In this document: in pieces, positions 27,088 to 36,485 of the stretch | Position numbering within the stretch: the stretch's first letter is position 1 | Layout: every line of letters begins with the position of its first letter | Assembly (NCBI GenBank): GCA_001915065.1 | Contig: MNDT01000020.1 | Span: 1 to 61,259 of the forward strand | Direction: 5' to 3' | Source: an archaeon 13_2_20CM_2_53_6 | GTDB lineage: Archaea; Thermoproteota; Bathyarchaeia; 40CM-2-53-6 | DNA length: 61,259 nt | Program-made: the position numbers and the translations under genes | Notes under the pieces: generated by a model | What the model was told of the DNA's origin: nothing | Seen by the model: the letters and a program-made list of their open reading frames with translations, nothing else | The model's database searches: none

Positions 27088-28518
27088 CTATGCTGCTGCT
27101 AGGTCGACGATCAGTTGGTCGACGATAGGTGAGCCGATGCCTGATGCGACATCATAGCCCGTTCCTGCCGAGAAACCAACAGATGAACCGACCAGTTGGT
27201 CGTTGCCCACGGTGATGTCATGGAAGTCGGTCGCATAGCGGGCGCTGTGGTAGATGCCATAGAGGACCGGGTTCAAGTCACCGATTGGACCCTTACCCAG
27301 GCTAGCGCGAGCCTGGTTCGCCAAAGCAATGATGCCAGCCCATTGCGGTGAGCCGGCACTGGTTCCCCCGACGATGAACAGGACTGGGCTTCCGAGGCCT
27401 CCATAAACCACTAGGACGCCGCCGTCGATGGCTGCGTTGTAGTCTACGTCTGGGCCTCTAGCTGATAGGCCTAGGCCGGTCTGGTATGATGGGACGCCGA
27501 AGATTATGCTGGGTGCTCCACCTGTGGCAGCTCCGAAGCTGGGCTCGTTCCAGATTTGTTCGCCGCCATAGCCGTCAGGAACGCAGTTTGGCGGGACGGT
27601 GCGGCCGAGGACGCATGGTCCGTGGTAGCTGGAGAGGCCTGATGTGCATGAGAAGGGTGTAGAGGTTGGGCAGGGAGTGAGGGTTCCGGTTGCATTGTAT
27701 GGAAGTCCCTGAGTGCCGGTTACGGCGGTGTTGTGGAGGTCTGAGGCTGGGAAGTTGGACATTTCAGTACCAAAGCCGAAATCTGCGCCGGTGTCGCCTG
27801 CTGATGCGAAGAACGTGTCGCCCATGGCGACTCCGTTCGCGTAGTTGGTCTGGGCTTGCATTATCTGGCCATTGTTGGCTGTTAGAAAGATCTCAGGTAT
27901 TCCGAAGCTTTGGGAGAAGATGGCGCCTGGAAAGGCGGCGATGGCGGCAGCTTCTGCCTCGTTGATTGCGTTTCCTGAGGAGGTGGCTGCTACGTCTAGG
28001 ACGATGTTGGCTCCTGGGGCCATTGCATGTGCGTATTGTACATCAAGGCTTGTCTCGATTGTCCATGAGAACACTCCGTGCATCGGATTCGTGTTAATGT
28101 TGACATGGGGACATGTGCTGGTGTCGAAGGGTTTGGGAGAGTTTCCGCAGAATATTGTGAAGGATGGCGGGGCCGGGATTCCGAAGAGCGAGTCAAACAG
28201 TGCCAGGTCACTTTCAACGGTGGGGCTTCCGAAAGCGTCGACGATGACGATCGTCTGTCCCGCGCCGTCGATGGTGGCGGTGGACGGGTACTCGTATGCT
28301 TTCTTGATGAATGATGGTGAGTAGCATACGATGCTACCGAGGGAAGCGTTTTTGCAGAGAGGAAGTCCCTGGGGCAGAGTTGTCAGGGGGCCGAGCTGAA
28401 CATAGCTCAGGTTCGGTGCGTAGTTGAAGTTGAGCAGGCTAGTTACGGGGCCTATGCTCATTGGGGTTAGCATTAAGGCGGCAATTGTTAGGGTTGATAT
28501 TGCGAGTATTTTCTTCAT
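27088..28518 (-). CDS. Secreted S53 (sedolisin) peptidase
   Basis: ETSLD, ASAGD, GGTSAGSP, FHDITVG, GYDVASGIGSP; MKKILA signal peptide from ATG 28518. Confidence 0.9.
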   Translation of the reverse strand: MKKILAISTLTIAALMLTPMSIGPVTSLLNFNYAPNLSYVQLGPLTTLPQGLPLCKNASLGSIVCYSPSFIKKAYEYPSTATIDGAGQTIVIVDAFGSPTVESDLALFDSLFGIPAPPSFTIFCGNSPKPFDTSTCPHVNINTNPMHGVFSWTIETSLDVQYAHAMAPGANIVLDVAATSSGNAINEAEAAAIAAFPGAIFSQSFGIPEIFLTANNGQIMQAQTNYANGVAMGDTFFASAGDTGADFGFGTEMSNFPASDLHNTAVTGTQGLPYNATGTLTPCPTSTPFSCTSGLSSYHGPCVLGRTVPPNCVPDGYGGEQIWNEPSFGAATGGAPSIIFGVPSYQTGLGLSARGPDVDYNAAIDGGVLVVYGGLGSPVLFIVGGTSAGSPQWAGIIALANQARASLGKGPIGDLNPVLYGIYHSARYATDFHDITVGNDQLVGSSVGFSAGTGYDVASGIGSPIVDQLIVDLAAA

Positions 28519-28794
28519 GTTCAGGGCTTGGACCCTACTATCAATATAAGTTCTTGGCTTCTTGAAGATAGACATGGATACCTATGAGCTGAAAACCCTA
28601 GCCCCAGCTACTCTAAGGGTTTATTCTGCTAGGGCAAACATTCTCCCTTGAGAAGTCGCAAAACGGTTTCTAGCGTGTTCTAAGCCTGATGTTCTCAAAT
28701 GAACACGGTCTCCACCCCGTTCAAAGCTGTGCTTGATCGGTGATGGGGGCAGACAATGGTTAACTGATATTGGCCAGAGCTCCCCTCAACGACC

Positions 28795-29445
28795 ATGGTC
28801 TTGACGATGAAGAACCATACTATTGTGGTAGGCCGCTTGCAAACAAATTGCTACATCCTTCAATCCGGAGCAGAAGTGATGATCGTCGATCCAGGCGATG
28901 AGCCAGAGCGAATTGTGAGGTTCATCAAAGATATCAACGCCAGAACAACGCGGATTGTTGCCACGCATACTCACTTTGATCACGTGCTAGGCGTTGACGG
29001 GGTCCGGAAAGCAACCAAGACTCTGTTCTTGATCCATCCGGAAGACCTGCCTATACTACAGTCGATGCAGTCGCGCGTGCGCCAGTTCATGGGATTCGAA
29101 GTTCCGCCGCCGCCTAGGGTCGATGGCTACCTCAAGGACGGAGACTCTCTGAAGGTGGGAGATGAGACGGTCCATGTTCTCCACACTCCAGGCCATTCGC
29201 CCGGCAGCATCAGCCTGACCGGCGACGGATACGTCTTGACAGGTGACGCTCTGTTCAACCAGTCAATCGGAAGGACGGATCTTCCAGGAGGAGACCTCGA
29301 CACTCTCATCCGCTCCATCAGGGAGAGGCTGTTCAGGTTGGACGATGACACAGCAGTCTATCCTGGCCATGGACCTGAGACTACAATTGGCGATGAGAAG
29401 CTCGCAAATCCCTTCGTAGGAGAGGCTGCAAGGCCTATCAGATAG
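28795..29445 (+). CDS. MBL-fold metallohydrolase (glyoxalase II-like)
   Basis: THTHFDH, TPGHSPG, TGDALF, PGHG. Confidence 0.92.
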   Translation: MVLTMKNHTIVVGRLQTNCYILQSGAEVMIVDPGDEPERIVRFIKDINARTTRIVATHTHFDHVLGVDGVRKATKTLFLIHPEDLPILQSMQSRVRQFMGFEVPPPPRVDGYLKDGDSLKVGDETVHVLHTPGHSPGSISLTGDGYVLTGDALFNQSIGRTDLPGGDLDTLIRSIRERLFRLDDDTAVYPGHGPETTIGDEKLANPFVGEAARPIR

Positions 29446-29489
29446 GCAATCGTCTTATCCCACTATCGTTTCCCAGAACCGAAACAGCA

Positions 29490-29936
29490 TTGTCCAGCCT
29501 AGACTCGATCCTCAAGAACTCTCTGAGCCAAGCCAGCCCTCACACCAAGGAGGTGTACAGTCAGAATCCCCTAACTGCCAACGAGGTCATCGAACTCGCC
29601 AACAGTCGAGTCCTCACACTCGCAGCCACTGTAAGACCGGATGGCAGACCCCACCTCTCACCCACCGACCTCGTGGTTGTTGACGGAGTCTTCTATCTCG
29701 GAGTGGACATGTCCATGGCCCGTTACCGGAACCTCAGACAGAATCCCGCCGTGACCGTAATGCTGGCCGACGGCTGGAAGCGTCAGGCGATCCTCGAAGG
29801 AAACGCAGACTTTCTTGACATGAAGAGCGAGACAGCCAGGGGAGTCTTGGAGGCTCAGAAGAAGAAGTACGGCTGGGTTACAGACGCGCTGGCAGAATTC
29901 CGACCAGCGAAAGCGTTCACCTGGAAGACAAAATAG
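29490..29936 (+). CDS. Pyridoxamine 5'-phosphate oxidase-like split-barrel protein
   Basis: ATVRPDGRPH, RNLRQNPAV. Confidence 0.8.
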   Translation: MSSLDSILKNSLSQASPHTKEVYSQNPLTANEVIELANSRVLTLAATVRPDGRPHLSPTDLVVVDGVFYLGVDMSMARYRNLRQNPAVTVMLADGWKRQAILEGNADFLDMKSETARGVLEAQKKKYGWVTDALAEFRPAKAFTWKTK

Positions 29937-29960
29937 ACACGGGCCACTCTGAGAAGAAAA

Positions 29961-30145
29961 TCGCCCAGAATAAGCCTGGATCAGCAATCTGGGACGGGGG
30001 TCCCAGGCGGCGCCTTTCGCACGCTTGAACGCCGCCACACGGCAACTATAGAAAACAGCCAATCAGCCCGTTCTGCGCGACAAACCGGAGTTCTCGCCCA
30101 GAAACGTTCCAGATAGCGAAAGACCCCTCCTAGAATTTAGAAAAC
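29961..30145 (+). repeat. Degenerate dispersed intergenic element, copy 1
   Basis: Aligns to the reverse complement of 54378-54565; 37/65 identities ungapped over the first 65 nt (hand count), with further collinear words. Confidence 0.5.
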
Positions 30146-30326
30146 AAAAATTTCCCGCGACACAAGAGTGCCCCTTTGGAAAACTCTCCATCCTGGAAAA
30201 ATCCGTCCCAGAACAAGGCCAGCTCCCGGACCTAGAAGGCCCCACCGCTCGACCCACGCTTCAATTCTGTTCCAACCCGCCTACCGGCGTCAGGCGTTAA
30301 AATAATGCCCAACGTCCCTAGAACTC

Positions 30327-30725
30327 ATGGTCATGAACAAGACAGACGAGGAATGGAAGAAAGAGCTAGACCCACAACAGTACAAGATACTGAGGAAGAA
30401 GGCCACAGAACCCGCCTTCACCGGCAAACTACTACACAACAAAGAAAAAGGAGTCTACACATGCGCAGGCTGCGGAACAGAACTCTTCTCCTCAGACTCA
30501 AAATATGACAGCGGCAGCGGATGGCCCAGCTTCTGGACCACGCTGGCCAAGGACAAGATAGTCGAAATACCAGACCGTACCGTGGGAATGGATAGAATCG
30601 AAATCATCTGCAAAAACTGTGGAGGTCATCTCGGCCATCTCTTCGACGACGGACCCCAGCCCACCGGAATGCGCTACTGCGTAAACTCGCTATCCCTCGG
30701 CTTCAAGAAAAAGGACGCTAAATAG
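30327..30725 (+). CDS. msrB: Peptide-methionine (R)-S-oxide reductase
   Basis: SGSGWPSF, HLGHLFDDGP, RYCVNS, two CxxC. Confidence 0.95.
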   Translation: MVMNKTDEEWKKELDPQQYKILRKKATEPAFTGKLLHNKEKGVYTCAGCGTELFSSDSKYDSGSGWPSFWTTLAKDKIVEIPDRTVGMDRIEIICKNCGGHLGHLFDDGPQPTGMRYCVNSLSLGFKKKDAK

Positions 30726-30788
30726 GCAACTGTTCAGATTCCAATAGTCTGTTGTCCATAATCGTCAGGGACCTCTCCAGAAGCTCCT

Positions 30789-31169
30789 CTACTGGCCAGA
30801 GCTTGTTCCAGTCTCGTTCCTCTGGTCCGGCTGGCTCTCTCCAAACACAGCCTCAGACAATCCCGAATAGGTCTCGGTGGAAGTGCCAAGAGAAGTATCG
30901 GGCGACGGCTGCCAAGCCGGCGAGGTTTCTGGAGCGGCCTCTGGCTTGATCTCTTGTTTTGTCTCAGGTCGCGTTTCAGAACCCAACTCCGCAGGCTTCT
31001 GCTTCCTTCCAGCTTTGACGTAGACAATTAGTATTTTGTAGGTCTCGTTACAGCTCTTGCATCGTCCAACCTGGACAGTCCTTTTCAGCTTCAGAGTATG
31101 GTTCTTGCAGACAGGGCAATCGGCAAAACGGCTTCTAGAGACAGCCTCCTCCGTCTTCACAGTCTTCAA
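30789..31169 (-). CDS. Hypothetical Zn-ribbon protein with low-complexity tail
   Basis: CPVC...CKSC; start chosen at TTG 31169 to avoid overlap with the transporter. Confidence 0.55.
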   Translation of the reverse strand: MKTVKTEEAVSRSRFADCPVCKNHTLKLKRTVQVGRCKSCNETYKILIVYVKAGRKQKPAELGSETRPETKQEIKPEAAPETSPAWQPSPDTSLGTSTETYSGLSEAVFGESQPDQRNETGTSSGQ

Positions 31170-31239
31170 TGCTGCCCGCCCGCATGTATGCGACGCCTGC
31201 GAATAGTCGTTCTGTAACCAGCAGATCGACAGAATCGAC

Positions 31240-32307
31240 CTAGAAGGATATTTTCGGATGGTGGACCTCGTCGTCAAGATGCTTGTACTTCCACACCGCC
31301 ATCGAGGCAAGCCATGATGCCACGAATATGCTAATAATCCCATAGCCGATCGTTTCAAAGTCAAGCCGAGCAAGCCAGCCCCAGAACGGGCCCTGAAGAT
31401 TCAGTTCCCCAGACAGCACCTGCAGAAGCTCAACACCGCCAATAACAAACGCGACGAGGACAGAGATGACCGTAATGGTCAGATTATAGTAGATCTTCCG
31501 GAGCGGCTTCACAAAAGCCCAACCGTACGCTACACACATAGTCACACCGTCAGTCGTATCGACAAGTACCATTCCCAGAGTAAACATCACCGGCAATATC
31601 AGAACCATCCAGACAGGAACTGTCGAGGCAACCCCAAAACTCACAGCGAGAGCAAAGAAAAGAATCTCACTCGCGGTGTCAAACCCCAAGCCGAAGAGCA
31701 CGCCGATCGGGTAGATCTGCCATGGCCGCTGGACTATCCGGAAGAGCCCCTTGAAGTACCGGTTGAGAAATCCGCGATTCTCCAGCAGATCATTCAGCTC
31801 AGACTCGTCAACACGTCCCCGTCTAAGATTCTGGAACATGCGGTAGACCCCTATCACGATCAGAGCGTTCACAGCTCCAATCAAGAACAGGAACAATCCG
31901 GACACGGTGGTTCCGATAACAGTTCCCGAAGTCTGCAGAAACGAACTATCCTGGACAACAATCCGGGTTGCAAGAACAAGCCCCACTGTGAGCCCCACTA
32001 CGATGGTTGAGTGACCGAGCGAAAACCATGTTCCTACGGTAACAGGTCTCTTCCCCTCATGCATCAGCTTCCTAGTAGTATTGTCAATCGCTACGATATG
32101 GTCAGCGTCCACCCCGTGGCGCAGTCCCAGAACGAAAGCAGCTATGCATAACCCGAAGAGTAGCGGCGAGGCCCGGCCGAGGACGATAGAGCCGATGAAA
32201 CCGAGCAGAGTCGCGATCGCCAGACCCGCATACAAGCCAAGAATGCTCGCCTTCTCCTCGCCAGTAAGTCCCAGCCTAGAACTGATTGGAGTGGAATTTT
32301 CAGACAA
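31240..32307 (-). CDS. NiCoT-family (HoxN/NixA) nickel/cobalt permease
   Basis: RHGVDADH, FSLGHST, LFGLGFDTASE. Confidence 0.93.
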   Translation of the reverse strand: MSENSTPISSRLGLTGEEKASILGLYAGLAIATLLGFIGSIVLGRASPLLFGLCIAAFVLGLRHGVDADHIVAIDNTTRKLMHEGKRPVTVGTWFSLGHSTIVVGLTVGLVLATRIVVQDSSFLQTSGTVIGTTVSGLFLFLIGAVNALIVIGVYRMFQNLRRGRVDESELNDLLENRGFLNRYFKGLFRIVQRPWQIYPIGVLFGLGFDTASEILFFALAVSFGVASTVPVWMVLILPVMFTLGMVLVDTTDGVTMCVAYGWAFVKPLRKIYYNLTITVISVLVAFVIGGVELLQVLSGELNLQGPFWGWLARLDFETIGYGIISIFVASWLASMAVWKYKHLDDEVHHPKISF

Positions 32308-32508
32308 GGCTACAAGAGCCGCTAACCCAGACCGATCACGAGTTGCGATATAAACAGATGCTCAGACTCGAGTATAAGACAGAAGTGGAGATCGGGCACT
32401 ACGAGAAATGATCCCGTCACGCGATTTGCCAATCCCCGGTTTTGACACCCTTAAATAAGGAATTGAGAAAGGAAATCTTGGTCCCTAAACAGAGACGGGT
32501 TTGAAACC

Positions 32509-33048
32509 TTGAGTTCTACAACCAACCCCTACTTTGACAGAGTAAAATCACAGACCGGCATACTCGAAAAGATCGAGCTCCTCGTTCCCGGATTCCACGG
32601 CTACAAGGAGAAAGAGATGAGACGAGAGTCTGACAAGCTCATCCGAAACCAGATCTACCAGAAACTCTCCGATGCCGAAGGCCAGGCCAAAGACATCTAC
32701 CGCGCCCTCGTCAACCAGGGAGCAAACGACACATGGGACGATACCGACCATCTCCTCGCCCGTCTCGACCGAATAATGGAGAGAATCAACCACTCAGAAT
32801 ACGGATACGCAGGATTCTTCGACTCGACCAAGGTCAAAGAACCTGATCTGGACCGGATGATGGGCTACGACATGCAACTCATACAGATGGCCGACAATGT
32901 AACGACATCGATACGGTCGCTCAAAGACGTTCTCGATAACGACCGGCTCCAAGAAGCCAAAGGCAAAGTCAGTGAGGCCATGAAGGTTGTAGACGCCCTT
33001 GAAAACGCGTATAATGGCCGAAAACAGATTATAGTAGGAGTCCAGTAA
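32509..33048 (+). CDS. Uncharacterised alpha-helical protein
   Basis: 179 aa; PGFHGYKEKE and GYAGFFD motifs; 4 nt from the SPFH gene. Confidence 0.75.
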   Translation: MSSTTNPYFDRVKSQTGILEKIELLVPGFHGYKEKEMRRESDKLIRNQIYQKLSDAEGQAKDIYRALVNQGANDTWDDTDHLLARLDRIMERINHSEYGYAGFFDSTKVKEPDLDRMMGYDMQLIQMADNVTTSIRSLKDVLDNDRLQEAKGKVSEAMKVVDALENAYNGRKQIIVGVQ

Positions 33049-33052
33049 GATA

Positions 33053-34012
33053 ATGCCACAGGTAATAGAATGGAGAAACGCTGGACCAGACGACGTCGTA
33101 TGGCGCTATCCAGTCGAACAGATCATAACAGGCGCTCAGCTAGTTGTCCACGAGTTTGAAGCCGCTGTCTTCCTCCGAGATGGCAAGGCGTACGATGTCT
33201 TCGGACCCGGACGGCACACACTCACGACCCTAAACCTCCCGCTGATATCGAGAGCCTACGGCATATTCTTCGGCGGAAAAGACCCCTTCACGGCCATCGT
33301 CATCTATGTCTCCACCAAACAGTTCGCAGGCAAATGGGGCGCAAAGGCTCAGACGACCGAACTAGCACCGTTGATGGTGCACGGAACCGCCTGGTTCCGT
33401 ATCAAGGATCCGAACCTATTCGTAAACGAGGTGGTAGGAGGACAGGGAGCCTACACGACATCCCAAGTAGACGATTTCATCCGGGGCTTCATCAACGAGC
33501 GAGTCATAGACGTAATGTCAAAGTACGATCTGACTACCGCCTTCACCCAGCTGGACAAGGCGTCCACTGATGTCAAGGTCAACATCAACGATGCTCTCAA
33601 CAGGCTCGGAACCGACCTCGTCGACTTCAAGTTCGAAGGGATCGACACATCCGACCAATTCCGAGACCGCCTCTTCTGGATAAAGCAACACGCCGCAACT
33701 TCCGACGTCCTACGAATGGAGACAGCCAAGGACATCGGCCAGAGCCTAAGCACTTCCCAGGGAGGAGCCGGACTCGGCTCAGGAATGGTCCTCATCCCTC
33801 AAGTCATGAACGCTCCCATGCAGTCACCAATGATTCAGTCACAGACAGCCTTCGTCGCATGTCCGAAATGCGGCAACCAAGTCCAGCAAGGCGCGAGATT
33901 CTGCCCGAACTGCGGCGCCAACATGGCCCCGGCAACAAGTCCATGTCCCCACTGTGGAAAACCGGTTGCTGTTGGAGCGAAGTTCTGTCCCGAGTGTGGA
34001 CAGAAAATATGA
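33053..34012 (+). CDS. SPFH/Band-7 protein with C-terminal double zinc ribbon (YdjI-like)
   Basis: AVFLRDGK...FGPGRHTLTTLNLP; four CPxCG motifs. Confidence 0.85.
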   Translation: MPQVIEWRNAGPDDVVWRYPVEQIITGAQLVVHEFEAAVFLRDGKAYDVFGPGRHTLTTLNLPLISRAYGIFFGGKDPFTAIVIYVSTKQFAGKWGAKAQTTELAPLMVHGTAWFRIKDPNLFVNEVVGGQGAYTTSQVDDFIRGFINERVIDVMSKYDLTTAFTQLDKASTDVKVNINDALNRLGTDLVDFKFEGIDTSDQFRDRLFWIKQHAATSDVLRMETAKDIGQSLSTSQGGAGLGSGMVLIPQVMNAPMQSPMIQSQTAFVACPKCGNQVQQGARFCPNCGANMAPATSPCPHCGKPVAVGAKFCPECGQKI

Positions 34013-34587
34013 TCAAGAAGCTTGACGGAACCTTCGTCGTTCCTGGCGAGAAACTCGGAGTGGTCGAAGAATTCGACCCTGGACGAGGAACAGTCGAGGT
34101 AGACGGCATAGTCTATTCCTCCCAGACCGGAACGGCCGCCCTCGACCCAAAGAGACACGTTGTCACCGTCAGACCCGCGACCGGGCCCCCGGTCGTCCCC
34201 GAAGAAGGCTCCTCGATCACAGGCATAGTCGAGAAGGTCCAGGAGAAAATGGCCATAATCAACATAGTAGTCGTGGACGGAAAAAAGATGGCGCTTCCCT
34301 TCACAGGGATGCTTCACATATCCAACTCTAGCCCACGCTTCGAACGAGTCATGGGCGAGGTATGCAAGCCCAACGACATCATCAGAGCAAAAGTAATCGA
34401 CACAAGCCAGCGGATACCTAAACTTACAACGATCGGCAGAGAACTGGGCGTCATCAAAGCCTACTGCTCCCGTTGCGGCAATGAGCTTGTCCTCTCGGGC
34501 CGGATACTAAGGTGCGGTGTCTGCAGAAACGTTGAAAGAAGGCGCCTAGCCGAGGACTTCCAGACAGAGACCGAGGTACAAAGTTGA
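34009..34587 (+). CDS. csl4: Exosome RNA-binding subunit Csl4
   Basis: VVPGEKLGVVEEF, S1 domain DIIRAKV, LGVIKAYCSRCG..CGVC; ATGA overlap. Confidence 0.92.
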   Translation: MIKKLDGTFVVPGEKLGVVEEFDPGRGTVEVDGIVYSSQTGTAALDPKRHVVTVRPATGPPVVPEEGSSITGIVEKVQEKMAIINIVVVDGKKMALPFTGMLHISNSSPRFERVMGEVCKPNDIIRAKVIDTSQRIPKLTTIGRELGVIKAYCSRCGNELVLSGRILRCGVCRNVERRRLAEDFQTETEVQS

Positions 34588-34871
34588 AAATCAACATTCT
34601 GAAGAGATCCAAAGGACTGTTGAAGATAGAGGTCGAAGGAGAAGGACACTCTTTTGGAAACCTCATGCAAGAGACCCTACTCGAAGACAAGACCGTCGAC
34701 TGGGCAGGATATGACCAGCCCCATCCACTCTTCAGGCAATCAATAATTACCGTCCGGATGAAAGGAGAAGCGCAGGCTGACAAAGCTCTCGACAGGGCCT
34801 CCAAGAAGATTAGGTCTGACACTGAAGAATTCGTCGAGAAATTTTCATCCGCTATAAAGAACGAGAACTAG
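34584..34871 (+). CDS. rpoL: RNA polymerase subunit Rpo11/L
   Basis: GEGHSFGNL, AGYDQPHPL; csl4 synteny. Confidence 0.93.
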   Translation: MKINILKRSKGLLKIEVEGEGHSFGNLMQETLLEDKTVDWAGYDQPHPLFRQSIITVRMKGEAQADKALDRASKKIRSDTEEFVEKFSSAIKNEN

Positions 34872-35558
34872 CTGGAGCCCGCCGATCTGGCCAGAGGGCT
34901 CCTCTTCGACTTCGACGGCACACTCTACGGCGACTGGAGAATCTGGATCTCAATCATAGAAGAAACCCTCTCTGACTACCAAATATCAATCAACCCCCAC
35001 GATGCCCTCGAAAAAGCTCGAGCGATGATCGAGCACGAAGGAGGCTCAAACAGTACACTAAGAATCAGCAGCGTCGCCACAGCCCTGGCACGAGACAACG
35101 GCGTCGACCGAGACGATCAAATAAGAACACGATTTTTCGAAATACTCGACCAACGGATGGATGCGACGGGTCCGGGCAAGAATCTTGTCAAGATGTTGGG
35201 AAAATTCGAACATGAAGGATGTCGCTTGGGCATAGTGACGTTCGTGAGAAAGCCTCGTATCGCTCGAAGGCTGGGCGTCTGGAAGATCAAACAATACTTT
35301 CAAACAGTAATAACGCCGGACGATGTGCCAGACTTCAAACCTTCACCAGACCCGTTCATCAAGGCTATGGAGCAGTTAGGGGTCACGCCCAAACAGTGCT
35401 TCGTCGTAGGAGACGAACCGGTAGACATGATCGGGGGAAAGAAAGCTGGAGCAACTACAATCGGCCTTCCACAAGGATTCTTCAGACGAGAAGAGCTGGA
35501 AAAAGCCGGCGCCGATTACATTCTCCACTCCCTTGAGAATCTAACGGGTATCATATAA
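34872..35558 (+). CDS. HAD-superfamily phosphatase
   Basis: In-frame LFDFDGTL lies upstream of the ORF-track ATG (35025); KPSP, VGD; needs a CTG start (34872 or 34887). Confidence 0.85.
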   Translation: MEPADLARGLLFDFDGTLYGDWRIWISIIEETLSDYQISINPHDALEKARAMIEHEGGSNSTLRISSVATALARDNGVDRDDQIRTRFFEILDQRMDATGPGKNLVKMLGKFEHEGCRLGIVTFVRKPRIARRLGVWKIKQYFQTVITPDDVPDFKPSPDPFIKAMEQLGVTPKQCFVVGDEPVDMIGGKKAGATTIGLPQGFFRREELEKAGADYILHSLENLTGII

Positions 35559-35594
35559 AATAGTGTCTGATGAAGAGTCCGTAGAGGCAGAGGG

Positions 35595-35960
35595 GTGCTA
35601 GATGATCAACATCTTGCAGGAGTCTTGACAGACCATGGACTAGCCCAGTTTGGCGATGCTCTTCTGAATTTCGCCTTCTCATTGGCACTGACAGAAACGA
35701 CCGGACATCCCAGAGGGACAAAAGTTTCAGACAAGACGCTCGCTGACGCCGCATTTAGGGCAGGCCTTAGAAAATACCTGCCGAGGAGGATAGGGCGCGG
35801 AGACGTGGCCAACAGCCTCGAAGCCCTGCTGGGCTTCGTCTGGCTCAAGAAGCTCTTGACTCTGGAAGAAATACTCAACTGCCTGAGAACCGAGAGTTTC
35901 ACGCACGTCCAAAACTTCGCCCAACTTGCAGAACTCGCGCTTGCGAGATTGAAACGATGA
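35595..35960 (+). CDS. Archaeal RNase III-like domain protein
   Basis: LAQFGDALLNF and ANSLEALLG. Confidence 0.7.
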   Translation: MLDDQHLAGVLTDHGLAQFGDALLNFAFSLALTETTGHPRGTKVSDKTLADAAFRAGLRKYLPRRIGRGDVANSLEALLGFVWLKKLLTLEEILNCLRTESFTHVQNFAQLAELALARLKR

Positions 35961-36448
35961 GCGGGCCTCTTCGACACGTGAAAAAGGAGATACGCATCTT
36001 GGGTCTCGATGCATGCAATCCCAGTCTCACCGTTGGAGCTGTGGTCCGAGGAGGGCTTTACTTGGACGGCGTCATGACCTTCTCCCGAGATGCAGAGGAG
36101 GAAGCAGATCTGATAGCCAATAAAATCGCTAAATCACGCTACTTTCCAGAATTGAGAACCATAATGGTCCATGACCCTAAGAGCCTCCTAGATCCAAAGA
36201 TCATGCAGCAAGGTACCAGGTTGCCGGTTGTCAATATCGCTCTCGACAGTCGTATCAAGGCCGGAGGGTACCGGTTCTATGGGAAGGACCGACAACAATT
36301 GTGGATCAAGACAACGTTAGAATCACCGAGTCTAGAGAAGATTCTCTCTCTAACCAAATCACGTGGTAGGTTGCCGGAACCTCTCCGCATCGCCCATCTG
36401 CTAGCAAAACTAAATATCCCCAGAAGGCTTTCGCGGGATAAAGAATAA
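35957..36448 (+). CDS. DUF99 (endonuclease V-like) protein, divergent
   Basis: KKEIRILGLD, GAVVRGGLYLDGV, LPEPLRIAHL. Confidence 0.75.
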   Translation: MSGPLRHVKKEIRILGLDACNPSLTVGAVVRGGLYLDGVMTFSRDAEEEADLIANKIAKSRYFPELRTIMVHDPKSLLDPKIMQQGTRLPVVNIALDSRIKAGGYRFYGKDRQQLWIKTTLESPSLEKILSLTKSRGRLPEPLRIAHLLAKLNIPRRLSRDKE

Positions 36449-36485
36449 ATTCGCGCAGACAGTCTCGCTCTGAGCTGAACACGTT

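Noticed and set aside
28580-28780. Third copy of the dispersed element (CCCGTTCAAAGC word)
   Set aside because: Only one short word matches; no collinear extension
34869-34871. Genome-wide amber recoding (pyrrolysine)
   Set aside because: TAG terminates many conserved genes at their expected ends (cyoE, GTPase, gcvH, rpl44e, rps12); no pyl genes seen
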